Shown one piece after another: positions 27,514 through 36,925 of a stretch of 64,000 nucleotides of DNA. Location of the stretch: the NCBI GenBank assembly GCA_964513375.1, contig CAZEMO010000003.1, positions 92,730 to 156,729 on the forward strand, read 5' to 3'. Source of the DNA: an uncultured Bacteriovoracaceae bacterium (lineage in GTDB: Bacteria; Desulfobacterota; Desulfomonilia; UBA1062). Made by a program: the position numbers and the translations under genes. The stretch's first letter is position 1, and every line of letters begins with the position of its first letter. The notes under the pieces are model-generated. The model did not search any database, had not been told where the DNA came from, and saw only the letters and a program-made list of their open reading frames with translations.

Positions 27514-28440
27514 TTATTTCTGCTGGATATCCGGTTTTATGACCGTCATTGCTGTTGCAATGAGCCCGGCCATGTCTGAAAGGTTTGCCGGAATAATCAT
27601 CGAGTTGTTGGTCTTGGCAAGATTTCCGAATGCATTCACAAACTGTTCGGCCACGCGGAGATTGACCGCCTGCAGCCCGTTCGATTCTCCGATGGATTTG
27701 GCTATTTCCCTTATCCCTGTTGCTGTAGCCTCTGCTACAAGCCTGATTTCGGCAGCCCTTCCCTCGGCCTCGTTTATGCGCTTCTGTTTTTCGCCTTCCG
27801 ACTTAAGTATGAACTCCCTCTTGTCGCCTTCGGCCACATTTATCTTCGCCTGCATAGCGCCTTCAGACTCTGCTATGACAGCCCTCTTCTCACGTTCGGC
27901 CCTCATCTGCTTTTCCATTGCATCCTTGATGCTCTGCGGAGGCTGGATATTCTTGATCTCGTATCGTATGACCTTTACACCCCAGGGCTCTGATGCCTTG
28001 TCCAGCGCATCCACTACGGCAGCGTTTATTTTTTCACGTTCTTCGAAGGTTCTGTCCAGTTCTATCTGGCCTATCTGTGAGCGCATTGTCGTCTGTGCAA
28101 GCTGTATGGCTGCGAACAGAAGGTTTGCTATTCCATAGCTGGCCTTTTCTGCGGACACTATCTGCAGGTAAAGCACCCCGTCCACTTCGATTGCAATGTT
28201 GTCCCTGGTTATGCATGACTGAGACGGCACATCGATTGCCGCTTCTTTCAGAGAATGCTTATAGGCGACCTTGTCTATGAACGGGATAAGCACATGAAGG
28301 CCAGCATCCCATGTAGCAAAATATTTTCCCAGCCTCTCGACCACATAGGCTGTCTTCTGCGGGACAATGCGAATCCCCCAGCCGAGAATAATGACTACTA
28401 GAACAATAATTATTGCAAGTATGACGGTTAGAACTGACAT
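27514..28440 (-). CDS. SPFH/band-7 (stomatin/QmcA-like) protein
   Basis: N-terminal transmembrane helix, an SPFH core and a coiled-coil Ala/Glu-rich C-terminus. Confidence 0.85.
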   Translation of the reverse strand: MSVLTVILAIIIVLVVIILGWGIRIVPQKTAYVVERLGKYFATWDAGLHVLIPFIDKVAYKHSLKEAAIDVPSQSCITRDNIAIEVDGVLYLQIVSAEKASYGIANLLFAAIQLAQTTMRSQIGQIELDRTFEEREKINAAVVDALDKASEPWGVKVIRYEIKNIQPPQSIKDAMEKQMRAEREKRAVIAESEGAMQAKINVAEGDKREFILKSEGEKQKRINEAEGRAAEIRLVAEATATGIREIAKSIGESNGLQAVNLRVAEQFVNAFGNLAKTNNSMIIPANLSDMAGLIATAMTVIKPDIQQK

Positions 28441-28454
28441 AATACCTCCCTTAT

Positions 28455-28928
28455 CTATTTTTTAAGCGGTTTAACCTTCAGCGTAATATTTTCCCTGCCT
28501 GTTATCTCAACACTATCACCCTCGGGTATGGCCTGGTCCGAAACAGCGAGCCATGAACTGCCCCTGAAATCCACCTTGCCTGCAATGCCGGGTTTGATAT
28601 CCTGAATGACTACCGCATTCATGCCCACATAACCCTCGAGGTATTCATCGGAAGTGCCAGGTGTCCTATTCCTGCCTACAAAAACACTGCTGAATTTCTT
28701 TCTCAGCATGAAAAGCAATGCCAGTGAAAAAACAAGAAATGCAAGCAGCTGAAAAGAAAGAGGCATCGGGATAATCCAGATGAGAAGCGCCGTGAGCATC
28801 GCGCCCAGTCCGAAGAAAAAAAGGACCAGTCCCGGAAGCGCCATCTCTACAAGGCAGAGAATCGCCCCCACAATGAACCATATGAGCACCGGATTTTTAA
28901 GAATTTCCATGAATTCCCTCCAATTCAT
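28455..28928 (-). CDS. NfeD-family membrane protein (partner of the SPFH protein)
   Basis: Two transmembrane helices plus a C-terminal OB-fold beta domain. Located directly upstream of the SPFH gene. Confidence 0.75.
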   Translation of the reverse strand: MNWREFMEILKNPVLIWFIVGAILCLVEMALPGLVLFFFGLGAMLTALLIWIIPMPLSFQLLAFLVFSLALLFMLRKKFSSVFVGRNRTPGTSDEYLEGYVGMNAVVIQDIKPGIAGKVDFRGSSWLAVSDQAIPEGDSVEITGRENITLKVKPLKK

Positions 28929-29236
28929 TCAATCAGATTCTTTCTTAGAAGAATAATACCTCAAGTTTTACTCTTCTACAAATCAAAGTGCAGGTGATGA
29001 TAAATATTCCTGCCGGATTTCATGCCTTAATTAAACGTTTCATTTAATCATTTTAATTTTTTTTAAAATTTGGATCATCGCTGCTTTCAATATGAACGTT
29101 GGATAACCAGTGAAAAATTAGCATAAATATCTGCAATTTCAAATGGTTATAATCTTTTTTTATCTGTCATCAAAAACTGGCACGCTTCTTCCTATAGAAT
29201 TGAGTATTGAAGCGAAAATTCAGGGAGGGTTAAAAA

Positions 29237-29512
29237 ATGAAAAGAACATTACAGACATTGATCGTATCGGTATTCGTAGTATTAATCACGGCGTCTTTTG
29301 CCTTTGCGGCAAACGCAATAACCGGCAGCGGCAGTTTCCCCTACTTCAACCTCGGATGTCTCATCATGGGCGGACTGACCATTGTATCTCTGAAGTACAG
29401 GTACCAGAAGATGTATCTCAGCGAAGCTATCGGATCCTTTGCACTTTATGCAGTGCTGGTTGCCCTGTTCACTGCTCCGGTGATCGAATCTGTAAAAACC
29501 CTTGTAAGCTGA
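29237..29512 (+). CDS. Small hypothetical membrane or secreted protein (91 aa)
   Basis: Signal-like N-terminus and two hydrophobic segments. GGGAGGG RBS. Confidence 0.4.
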   Translation: MKRTLQTLIVSVFVVLITASFAFAANAITGSGSFPYFNLGCLIMGGLTIVSLKYRYQKMYLSEAIGSFALYAVLVALFTAPVIESVKTLVS

Positions 29513-29572
29513 TAAAGCTATATCGGGACGGGATTCAAATCCCGCCCCGGACAAACGGAAAAGGAGACGGCT

Positions 29573-29833
29573 ATGAAAAAGATGTTCAAAGACGACAAAG
29601 CCAGAAAAGAAATGAATGATGTCCTGAGGATCAGCGCCTGGGGTTTCATAATAGTCATCTCCTCTTTCGTGTTCATGTATGTCGGACGATGGATTGATGT
29701 AAACTTCGACACCGAACCTGCCTTCATGCTTGGCATGCTTGTTCTCGGAATCTCTCTCGGGATATTCAGGATGTACAGAGACGGAGTGGACAAGACCCGG
29801 CATAATGTCTACAAACAGAACAAGACAGCCTGA
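29573..29833 (+). CDS. AtpZ/AtpI-family small membrane protein
   Basis: 'VGRWIDVNFDTEPAFMLGMLVLGISLGIF' resembles the ATPase_gene1 motif. GGAGACGG RBS. Confidence 0.5.
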   Translation: MKKMFKDDKARKEMNDVLRISAWGFIIVISSFVFMYVGRWIDVNFDTEPAFMLGMLVLGISLGIFRMYRDGVDKTRHNVYKQNKTA

Positions 29834-29903
29834 TAGGACTCCGGACGTTTCCATCCGGAGTTCTGTTCAAGAAATTATAATTCTATAGACTGGATTTTTG
29901 GAT

Positions 29904-30734
29904 TCACCCGGCTTTTCTTTTCTTCGGTTTTCTTCTGTTTTTTTCAGCAGGTTTTTCCTGAGCAATAACGGGTTCAGGCAGGGTCTTTCCGGTTATCAGA
30001 TATAAGCCGGCAGCAATTATGAAGAAAGATATCCATTGTGCCTGAGACATATTAAAACCGACGTTCGGGTTAATGCGGACAATTTCGATTGCAAATCTCA
30101 TTATCCCGTGAATGGTAAGAAAAACGCCGAACAGGGCTGCGGGTTTCTTAAGCCTGTTCCTTAATATCATCAGTATAATAAATGTTATCAGCGCCCCGAA
30201 AGCCTCTATTATGGGTGTGTTAAGCACCACATCGGCCGTTGGAGTAGATCCGTTCGGAAATGACATACATAAAGGGGCAGGCCAGTTGAGACCCAGCCGG
30301 CTGCATGGCTCGCCGTAGCACCCGTCACCTGAAAGAAAACAACCTATCCTGCCGAAGCCATATCCAATAGCGATTGCCGGAGCCGAAGCATCCATAAGGG
30401 TCGTCAATGATATTTTTTTTCTATATCCTGCATAGAGGATAAATGCAGATGCGAAGATTAAGCCCCCATACCATGAACTCCCCATGTTTCTTATGGCTGA
30501 TATGAGATTCAACCCGGATAAACTGTTCGGATGATCCATTATGTGGAAAAGCCTTGCCCCGATGAATGCTCCAATTAGCCCGAGCAGTATTTCAGTAGAG
30601 GCGAATTCTTCCGGAATTCCCCTTCTCTTGAATTCATATCCAAGAAGAAAATAGGCGCACATGAATCCCAGAGCGAGCATAACTCCGTATGAAGTCACAG
30701 GTATTGATCCAATTTTAAAAAATACAGGTATCAT
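29904..30734 (-). CDS. lgt: Prolipoprotein diacylglyceryl transferase
   Basis: Lgt signature 'FGRIGCFLSGDGCYGEP'. Confidence 0.9.
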   Translation of the reverse strand: MIPVFFKIGSIPVTSYGVMLALGFMCAYFLLGYEFKRRGIPEEFASTEILLGLIGAFIGARLFHIMDHPNSLSGLNLISAIRNMGSSWYGGLIFASAFILYAGYRKKISLTTLMDASAPAIAIGYGFGRIGCFLSGDGCYGEPCSRLGLNWPAPLCMSFPNGSTPTADVVLNTPIIEAFGALITFIILMILRNRLKKPAALFGVFLTIHGIMRFAIEIVRINPNVGFNMSQAQWISFFIIAAGLYLITGKTLPEPVIAQEKPAEKNRRKPKKRKAG

Positions 30735-30865
30735 TTGAAACGATTCTGGCCTTTTAATGATTAAAAGTCAAACATCAGTAGAACTTACAGTTAATTAGCC
30801 CTTATCTGAACCATCAAGAGAAACAGGGGGATCAATGAACGATCCCCCGGATTATATATTTTCTC

Positions 30866-31915
30866 CTATTCTCCCCAGGTGTTGATGACGATATCGTCAA
30901 GGTAGATATTATCTATGATAAACAGATCGTCATATACAAAGTTGATTGTCGAAACCACTGTGTTGACTGCCCATGTGCGCTGAACCCAGGTATTGGGATC
31001 TTTCGGATCCAGGATGTGATACTTGCCGTCAATCCCATGCGGATCGCGGGGGGCAGGAATTCCATTGAGCATAAGAGTCCCATCAACATAGAGCCTGCTG
31101 TGGACTGCAGAAGAACTGCTACCCTTTCTGTACATCCAGGCGCTTATTGAATAGACATAGGTTGGCTGCGGGAATGGGAAGCTCAGGACAAGCTTGTTGT
31201 CGTTATCATGGCCTGTTTGGGCATCAGGTTTAAAAGACAGGAAACCGCCATGTACATAATCGCTCGGGAATGAATAGTCCACATTGTCTGCAACAGTTAT
31301 AACCCATGGCGCTGATATGCATGATTCGAAGCTTCCGTTAAATGTATCGAGAGTGACCTTGCTTGCCTTGCTGAAAAGGTCTCCGTCGGATACTACGAGA
31401 TTGAACACATAGCTGCCTTCTTTGTCCGGTATGAATGTCGGACTTACGGCAGTTTCACCGGAAAGTGCAGCTGTGCTGCCAGTAGGTTTCTGCGTTATAC
31501 TCCAGGCATAGGTCAGGTCGGAGCCATCAGGGTCATAACTCGCTGTGCCATCCATGATCACCTTGCCGCCGAACTGAACAATGCTGCTGTTGATTGCGGC
31601 AATGGCGATAGGCGGGCTGTTAACCTTTATATTCCATGTATGTGTATCCATGCCCAGACCATGTTTGGCTTTGACAGTCAGTGTGTGTTCCCCGGCTTCA
31701 GCAGTATAAATATAGGACCATTCAGAATTTGGAAGGTCAACATCATCCATGGTCCAGGTGTAGACGGCATTTGACGGAAACACTTTCATGCTGAAAGTCA
31801 TGATCTCGCCCAGCGTCATGTCAATATCATTTGTATCCGGCGATTTAGACAAGACACAGCCGCTCAGGAAAGTAGCAATAATTATAACATACAAAAAACA
31901 AAGAGATCGTTTCAT
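30866..31915 (-). CDS. Lipoprotein paralog: shared N-terminal module, a PKD/Ig-like domain and a C-terminal beta domain of unknown function
   Basis: The start was reassigned to 'MKRSLCFLYVIIIATFLSGC'. The N-terminal 90 aa are clearly homologous to the N-terminus of the 10406 gene. 'DGTASYDPDGSDLTYAWS' is a PKD motif. Confidence 0.7.
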   Translation of the reverse strand: MKRSLCFLYVIIIATFLSGCVLSKSPDTNDIDMTLGEIMTFSMKVFPSNAVYTWTMDDVDLPNSEWSYIYTAEAGEHTLTVKAKHGLGMDTHTWNIKVNSPPIAIAAINSSIVQFGGKVIMDGTASYDPDGSDLTYAWSITQKPTGSTAALSGETAVSPTFIPDKEGSYVFNLVVSDGDLFSKASKVTLDTFNGSFESCISAPWVITVADNVDYSFPSDYVHGGFLSFKPDAQTGHDNDNKLVLSFPFPQPTYVYSISAWMYRKGSSSSAVHSRLYVDGTLMLNGIPAPRDPHGIDGKYHILDPKDPNTWVQRTWAVNTVVSTINFVYDDLFIIDNIYLDDIVINTWGE

Positions 31916-32022
31916 AAAGTTCCTCCTCAACTGATTTTTTATTGAATCAAAACATAAAAACTTTTTTTTATTTATAGCATACACTGCAAACACAAGTCAA
32001 CGTAATGGAATTTGCCATTAAA

Positions 32023-32250
32023 TTAAAGATCTCCCCTGCCTGATATTTCGACCTTTGACTCAAGGAGTTTTCTGATTTTTTCCTCATCCACCTGTTCAAT
32101 CCGCAGACATACACCGCAGTTTGAACTTATGTGTCTTGGAACAGGAATAAGCTTGTGCGATACGCCCTCTGCTTTTAATATTTTTTCAGCCATCATCGCA
32201 TGGCTGACCGATTCAAAAAGCAAAGCGACATATTCTCTGACAGGACTCAT
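32023..32250 (-). CDS. DUF3343 family protein
   Basis: 75 aa. 'IPVPRHISSNCGVCLRI' is the characteristic motif. Confidence 0.65.
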   Translation of the reverse strand: MSPVREYVALLFESVSHAMMAEKILKAEGVSHKLIPVPRHISSNCGVCLRIEQVDEEKIRKLLESKVEISGRGDL

Positions 32251-32846
32251 GGTTTGATCAGTCTGGTTGCTGATGACATGACTGAAAGAATCTCGAACAT
32301 GTTTGTAATCTTTCCCGCTCCGGTTTTGCCGGACAGGTTAAAGAAATTGACGCATGTGCCGCACAGAAGAATCTCCACTCCGGCATCGGTAAGGTTTTCA
32401 AGGTCTTCCAATACTTCCGAATCAACTGCCGCCAATTTGACACCCGCATTGTAAAACAGCAGTTTTGAAGGAAGCTCATCCGCTTGAATTAGGGTATGAA
32501 TGAACGCCTTCATGAGAACCTTTCCAAGTTCGTCATCTCCCCTCCCCATTGTTTCAGAAGAGATCACGGCGACCAGTTCGCCCGATGAAGCGCTGCATGA
32601 GACTGGAACATCCGCAATAGCAGCCGTTTCGATATTCACCCCTGTCATATGTATATTGAATTCGCTTTCCCCGGAGTTCTCGATTTCCACTGAACAGCCT
32701 AGCTTTGCTCCCAGCCTTCTGACGTTTTCCATTGCAGTTTTATTATCGACGATGACAACGATGCTCTCGTTTTCTTCAAGGGCTTTTTTTGCAAGGATAA
32801 CCGGCTGCGGGCAGTTCAAACCGCGTGCATCAACGGTTTTCTTCAT
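32247..32846 (-). CDS. yedF: YedF-like protein: TusA-like domain plus DsrE/DsrF-like domain
   Basis: N-terminal 'RGLNCPQPV' CPxP motif. C-terminal 'VISSETMGRGDDELG' and 'LLCGTCVNFF'. Confidence 0.7.
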   Translation of the reverse strand: MKKTVDARGLNCPQPVILAKKALEENESIVVIVDNKTAMENVRRLGAKLGCSVEIENSGESEFNIHMTGVNIETAAIADVPVSCSASSGELVAVISSETMGRGDDELGKVLMKAFIHTLIQADELPSKLLFYNAGVKLAAVDSEVLEDLENLTDAGVEILLCGTCVNFFNLSGKTGAGKITNMFEILSVMSSATRLIKP

Positions 32847-32860
32847 ATTTCAAACTCCTT

Positions 32861-34027
32861 TCATGAACTTCGGCTGATTTCATATAGAGCCTTCAGGCTG
32901 TAATCTATCTCTTCTTCCGTATTGAAATACGCGAAACTGAACCGCAAGGTGCCCGCCGGGAATGTCCCGATTGTTCTATGAGCTTGTGGCGCACAGTGGA
33001 GGCCGGGCCTGCACATTATATTATATTTTTCATCCAGGATAAGGGAAGCTTCCGACGGGCTTATGCCTGAAAGGTTGAATGAAACAACAGCAATCCTGTC
33101 CGAAACCAGCTGCGGCCCGTAAACAATTGCACCTTTTATCTTTTTCAACCCTTCAATGAATTGAGAGATGAGCGACACCTCCTTATCCCTGATTATATCG
33201 ACTCCAGTTTTTTCTATGAACCGGATGCCGGCATTGAGGCCTGCAATCCCGATTGCGTTCGGCGTTCCCGATTCATATTTATCAGGCATGAAATCAGGCT
33301 GCTGCTCAAATTCAGATTTGCTGCCCGTGCCCCCGGACATTATTGGAGAAATAGCTTGTTCCAGTCCCTTTCTTATATAAAGTCCCCCAGTACCCTGCGG
33401 CCCGAACAAAGATTTGTGCCCTGTAAAAGCAAGAATATCGACACCCATGCCTTTGACATCAATCGGTAATGCGCCTGCTGTCTGTGCAGCATCCGCACAG
33501 AATATTATTCCGTGATCCCGTGCAATACGCCCGACTTCGGTAACAGGCATGACTGCGCCTGTAACATTTGAGGCATGAGTCAGGTATATCGCCCTGGTAT
33601 CCGGCTTTATTGCACGCCTTATACCATCCGGGTCAAGCATGCCTGTTTCGGAACAGCCTACGATATCAAGCCTGACGCCTGACAATTCCAATGACCTTAA
33701 GGGCCGCATGACTGAGTTATGCTCCATGCTTGAAGTTACGCAGTGGTCTCCAGGTTTCAGCAGTCCTTTTATTGCTATATTGAGAGCTTCTGTGGCATTT
33801 TTAGTGAGTACAATACGCAGAGGATCATCAGCCCCTAAGATACTGGCTATTCTATCCCTTGCCTCGAATATGACCCTTCCTGAATCAATGGACTTTTTGT
33901 GGCCAGACCGGCCAGGACTGGCCCCGATTCCGACGCTGAAATCCGTCATGGCCTCTATCATTGATTCCGGCTTTGGCCACGAAGTAGCAGCGTTGTCGAA
34001 ATAAACAGTTTCCACCTGTATGATCAC
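32861..34027 (-). CDS. Cysteine desulfurase family protein (class-V aminotransferase)
   Basis: 'YFDNAATSWPKP', PLP lysine 'FTGHKSLFGPQGTGGLYI' and a C-terminal Cys loop 'RPGLHCAPQAH'. Confidence 0.85.
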   Translation of the reverse strand: MIIQVETVYFDNAATSWPKPESMIEAMTDFSVGIGASPGRSGHKKSIDSGRVIFEARDRIASILGADDPLRIVLTKNATEALNIAIKGLLKPGDHCVTSSMEHNSVMRPLRSLELSGVRLDIVGCSETGMLDPDGIRRAIKPDTRAIYLTHASNVTGAVMPVTEVGRIARDHGIIFCADAAQTAGALPIDVKGMGVDILAFTGHKSLFGPQGTGGLYIRKGLEQAISPIMSGGTGSKSEFEQQPDFMPDKYESGTPNAIGIAGLNAGIRFIEKTGVDIIRDKEVSLISQFIEGLKKIKGAIVYGPQLVSDRIAVVSFNLSGISPSEASLILDEKYNIMCRPGLHCAPQAHRTIGTFPAGTLRFSFAYFNTEEEIDYSLKALYEISRSS

Positions 34028-35214
34028 TCCGTAATTTCCATAAGTGCCTGCACCCTTGTTTTTATCTGTTTAATATCGCTTTCCGAATAATCTGTCTCAA
34101 TCTTCAGGAACGGCAGGCTGTGTCTTGTCTTTACGTGCTCCCTCACCCTGAATGATTCGATGTTGTACGCATGGCATGCATGGAGGATTACGTCAATCAC
34201 CATGTCTGGCCTGTATTTTTCAATCAGTTCATCAAGCTTGTTTAGCCTTCTATCATTGGGTGACATGCATGAGCAGTGGAGATCCATATACCGTTCTGAC
34301 AGTGCCATCACAGGGTCGTCAGTGTCTTCGGCAATTGTTCCCATAAAGGGCTTAAACCCCGTACAATTATCGATGGCGACAATGACGCCACCGGACTCTT
34401 CTACGGCACGATAGACCTTCATGGCATCACCGCCGACAGGACACCCCGTTATGAGAACACGAGGCAAATCGGCACTTCCAATCGAGAGACACTGCTCTTT
34501 CCTTATCTGAAGTTTCTTTAGACAATCTTCAAGGATGGGTTTCATATCTTCATATGTTGCAGGCTGGGCAAGATATGTAAGGTCATATATCTCGGCCCAT
34601 TTCAGATATGAAGGTTTCATTGCAGCATAGCTGAAAATCTGTTCAAGCAGCTTGTTCTTCATGTTTGAATCCCTGATCTCGTTCTCGATAGCTGAATCAT
34701 CGATTTTAACCGAAAAGGTCTCTTCAAAGAACGACTGAAGGTTTCTTATTATCTGAGCCCAGTTTTTCCTTGCTGTCATACTGTCGGGCATTTGCGGAAG
34801 GTCCATCACATACATTGGTTTTTTATCCGCGATAAGTTCAAACATCTTTTTTTTGCCGTCACAGGTGGTTTCAGCGACAACCGCTTCGGATAAAGCGAAA
34901 AACGGGCATGAATCCGATATTATGAACCCATAGCTGGATTTGATGAGAGGGCACAGATTTGAAGGCAATACAGACTCGGAAACATCAATCGTCTTATTTG
35001 AAAAAGCGCACAGAACTGCGGGGACCGCACCCATTGCCCTGAAAAGTTCCAGAGGCGCAAAACCGCAGTAGGTACCGATTATGGGCCTGCCTTCTTCCCT
35101 CTTCGACTGTATATATGACAGAGCCCTTTTGCTCGGCTCGCCAGCAAACTGATCGTTAAAAAGTGGTTCAATAGTATTGTCTTTGAGCATAATCACCTCA
35201 TTTGCTTTTTTCAT
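34024..35214 (-). CDS. HgdB/BcrC/BadD family protein (2-hydroxyacyl-CoA dehydratase D-component-like, possible double-cubane-cluster protein)
   Basis: 'GRPIIGTYCGFAPLELFRAMGAVPAVLC' is the hallmark of the HGD-D family, and there are multiple conserved Cys. It overlaps the desulfurase gene by 4 nt. Confidence 0.7.
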   Translation of the reverse strand: MKKANEVIMLKDNTIEPLFNDQFAGEPSKRALSYIQSKREEGRPIIGTYCGFAPLELFRAMGAVPAVLCAFSNKTIDVSESVLPSNLCPLIKSSYGFIISDSCPFFALSEAVVAETTCDGKKKMFELIADKKPMYVMDLPQMPDSMTARKNWAQIIRNLQSFFEETFSVKIDDSAIENEIRDSNMKNKLLEQIFSYAAMKPSYLKWAEIYDLTYLAQPATYEDMKPILEDCLKKLQIRKEQCLSIGSADLPRVLITGCPVGGDAMKVYRAVEESGGVIVAIDNCTGFKPFMGTIAEDTDDPVMALSERYMDLHCSCMSPNDRRLNKLDELIEKYRPDMVIDVILHACHAYNIESFRVREHVKTRHSLPFLKIETDYSESDIKQIKTRVQALMEITE

Positions 35215-35224
35215 CCGGCATGTA

Positions 35225-35254
35225 AGTATATTTAAGATTGACAGGTTTAATCAA
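35225..35254 (-). promoter_or_regulatory. Sigma-70-like promoter (TTGATT, 18-nt spacer, TATACT) for the HgdB-like operon. The transcript would be near-leaderless.
   Basis: Read from the minus strand. The -10 box ends about 11 nt before the ATG, and no SD is present. Confidence 0.35.
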
Positions 35255-35321
35255 ATAACTAGAATTAATAAAATACATCATCATATTCAAGATTATCATA
35301 AATATTGTAGAGGAGATTATA

Positions 35322-35714
35322 ATGGAAACCGTCAAGTTCAGAATTCTGGCGTATTTCGAGATTCTCACTGCTGTCGGTCTAATCCTTTTCTGGATTTGTT
35401 TCTTCACAATCGGTCTTGCGCCTGCGAATGCGCCTGAGTGCTATTTTGCATATGAGCATTCTTTTCCTTTGCCCGATATAACCATGGCTGTTTTCATGCT
35501 TGCCGGAGGAGTTCTGCTTTTAAAAGGCAGCAATACCGGCAGAATGATCTCTCTTGCATGTTCGGGAGGACTGGTTTTCCTGGGCTTGCTCGACTTCAGC
35601 TTCAATATTCAGAACGGGGTTTATCTCACATCAACGATGGATATGATTCTTAATGCTTTTATAAATATCTGGTGTGTTGTCTTCGGTTTTACCATTTTTA
35701 TGAAGCTGAAATAG
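35322..35714 (+). CDS. Hypothetical integral membrane protein (4 transmembrane helices)
   Basis: Hydrophobic segments. GAGGAG RBS. Confidence 0.5.
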   Translation: METVKFRILAYFEILTAVGLILFWICFFTIGLAPANAPECYFAYEHSFPLPDITMAVFMLAGGVLLLKGSNTGRMISLACSGGLVFLGLLDFSFNIQNGVYLTSTMDMILNAFINIWCVVFGFTIFMKLK

Positions 35715-35802
35715 CAACTGTTTCAAGCTTCATGTAGACAGGTCTTGCCTGTTGCCGGGAAAATGACGACATGTTGTATCAATGAAACGGGAAAGCTTAA
35801 AT

Positions 35803-36810
35803 CTATTTTTGCTTTAAATCATTCAAATCCAGCGTGTTAAGCCATCGCATCGTTTCTTCAAAGCCCATGCTGTATGGTATCCTGGGTTTCCAGTCAAGCT
35901 CCTCCCTGGCCTTTTTGATTGAGAATACCATCCTTGAGTGAAGATTTTTAACTGTATAAGTGGTCAGCAGAGGACGCGACTCTATTTTAAAGAGTCTCCA
36001 CACAACCTCCATCACTAATGCAGCCAAGTAAGCAGCAGTATAAGGTATATATGTCTTAATCTCGATAGCGTTAACGGCTTTTGCAATGCCTGCACAGAAC
36101 TGTTCAAGGGTAACCGATACGCCGTCATGCACAAGATAGCCGTTGCCGATAGCCCTGTCGTCTTCTGAAACAATCATCAGCAGATCCATGAGATTATCTA
36201 TGTAAGTGGGCCAGATAATCGCCCCCTTCTGCCAGAATATCATATCTTTTTTTATGATGGCGTCTGCGAGCAGAGGCACAAACGTCTTATCTCCCGGGCC
36301 ATATACCCATAACGGGTAGACCATACTTACAGACAGACCGTGTTCCTTGTGATATTTCCAGGCGATTTTTTCCGCCATGATTTTTGAATCGGGATATGGT
36401 TCTTTCCAGAAACGCAGCGGCAGGGTTTCATCTATTGTAATGTCTTCACGAAGTCCGAATACATCGCTTGTGCTTATATCAATGAACCTTTTAACGCCCG
36501 CATTCAGTGATGCTTTACAGATATTCTCCATACCGCCTACAGTCACCTCCATGAACATCTTTTTTGGAGCCCAATCCGTTGCAACTGCAGCACAGTGGAA
36601 AATAACATCCCTACCAACACAAGCTTTTTCCAGTGACTTGTATTTCCTCATGTCTCCATAGCAGACCTCGACACCTCTGCTCTTAAGCACCACTCCCTCG
36701 GTGTCACCCTGCATGACCAAAGCGGCTACGGCATCCCCTCTTGTAAGACAGGTATTGACGATATGGCTGCCTATAAATCCTGTTGCACCGGTCACCAGAA
36801 CCCTTCTCAT
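35803..36810 (-). CDS. NAD-dependent epimerase/dehydratase (extended SDR)
   Basis: 'VLVTGATGFIGSH' and the catalytic YxxxK 'YPDSK'. Confidence 0.85.
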   Translation of the reverse strand: MRRVLVTGATGFIGSHIVNTCLTRGDAVAALVMQGDTEGVVLKSRGVEVCYGDMRKYKSLEKACVGRDVIFHCAAVATDWAPKKMFMEVTVGGMENICKASLNAGVKRFIDISTSDVFGLREDITIDETLPLRFWKEPYPDSKIMAEKIAWKYHKEHGLSVSMVYPLWVYGPGDKTFVPLLADAIIKKDMIFWQKGAIIWPTYIDNLMDLLMIVSEDDRAIGNGYLVHDGVSVTLEQFCAGIAKAVNAIEIKTYIPYTAAYLAALVMEVVWRLFKIESRPLLTTYTVKNLHSRMVFSIKKAREELDWKPRIPYSMGFEETMRWLNTLDLNDLKQK

Positions 36811-36925
36811 GAAAAGCCTCCCGAACCAAATGTATATTACCTTCTTGCTCTTGCTGATTTATGATTTATATTATATGTAGTTGAGGTTTAACAATAATAA
36901 TTATTTCAATGTGAGGTAAGGGGAT

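Noticed and set aside
29176-29192. TGGCACG-CTTC-TTCC element resembling a sigma-54 -24/-12 box upstream of the 29237 gene
   Set aside because: The -24 half is perfect, but the -12 half has TTCC instead of the near-invariant TTGC (GC dinucleotide). It was kept only as a weak possibility.
29515-29550. tRNA-like T-arm (CGGGA-TTCAAAT-TCCCG)
   Set aside because: No matching acceptor stem, D-arm or anticodon arm can be built from the flanking sequence, and the upstream bases are coding. This is a hairpin, not a tRNA gene.
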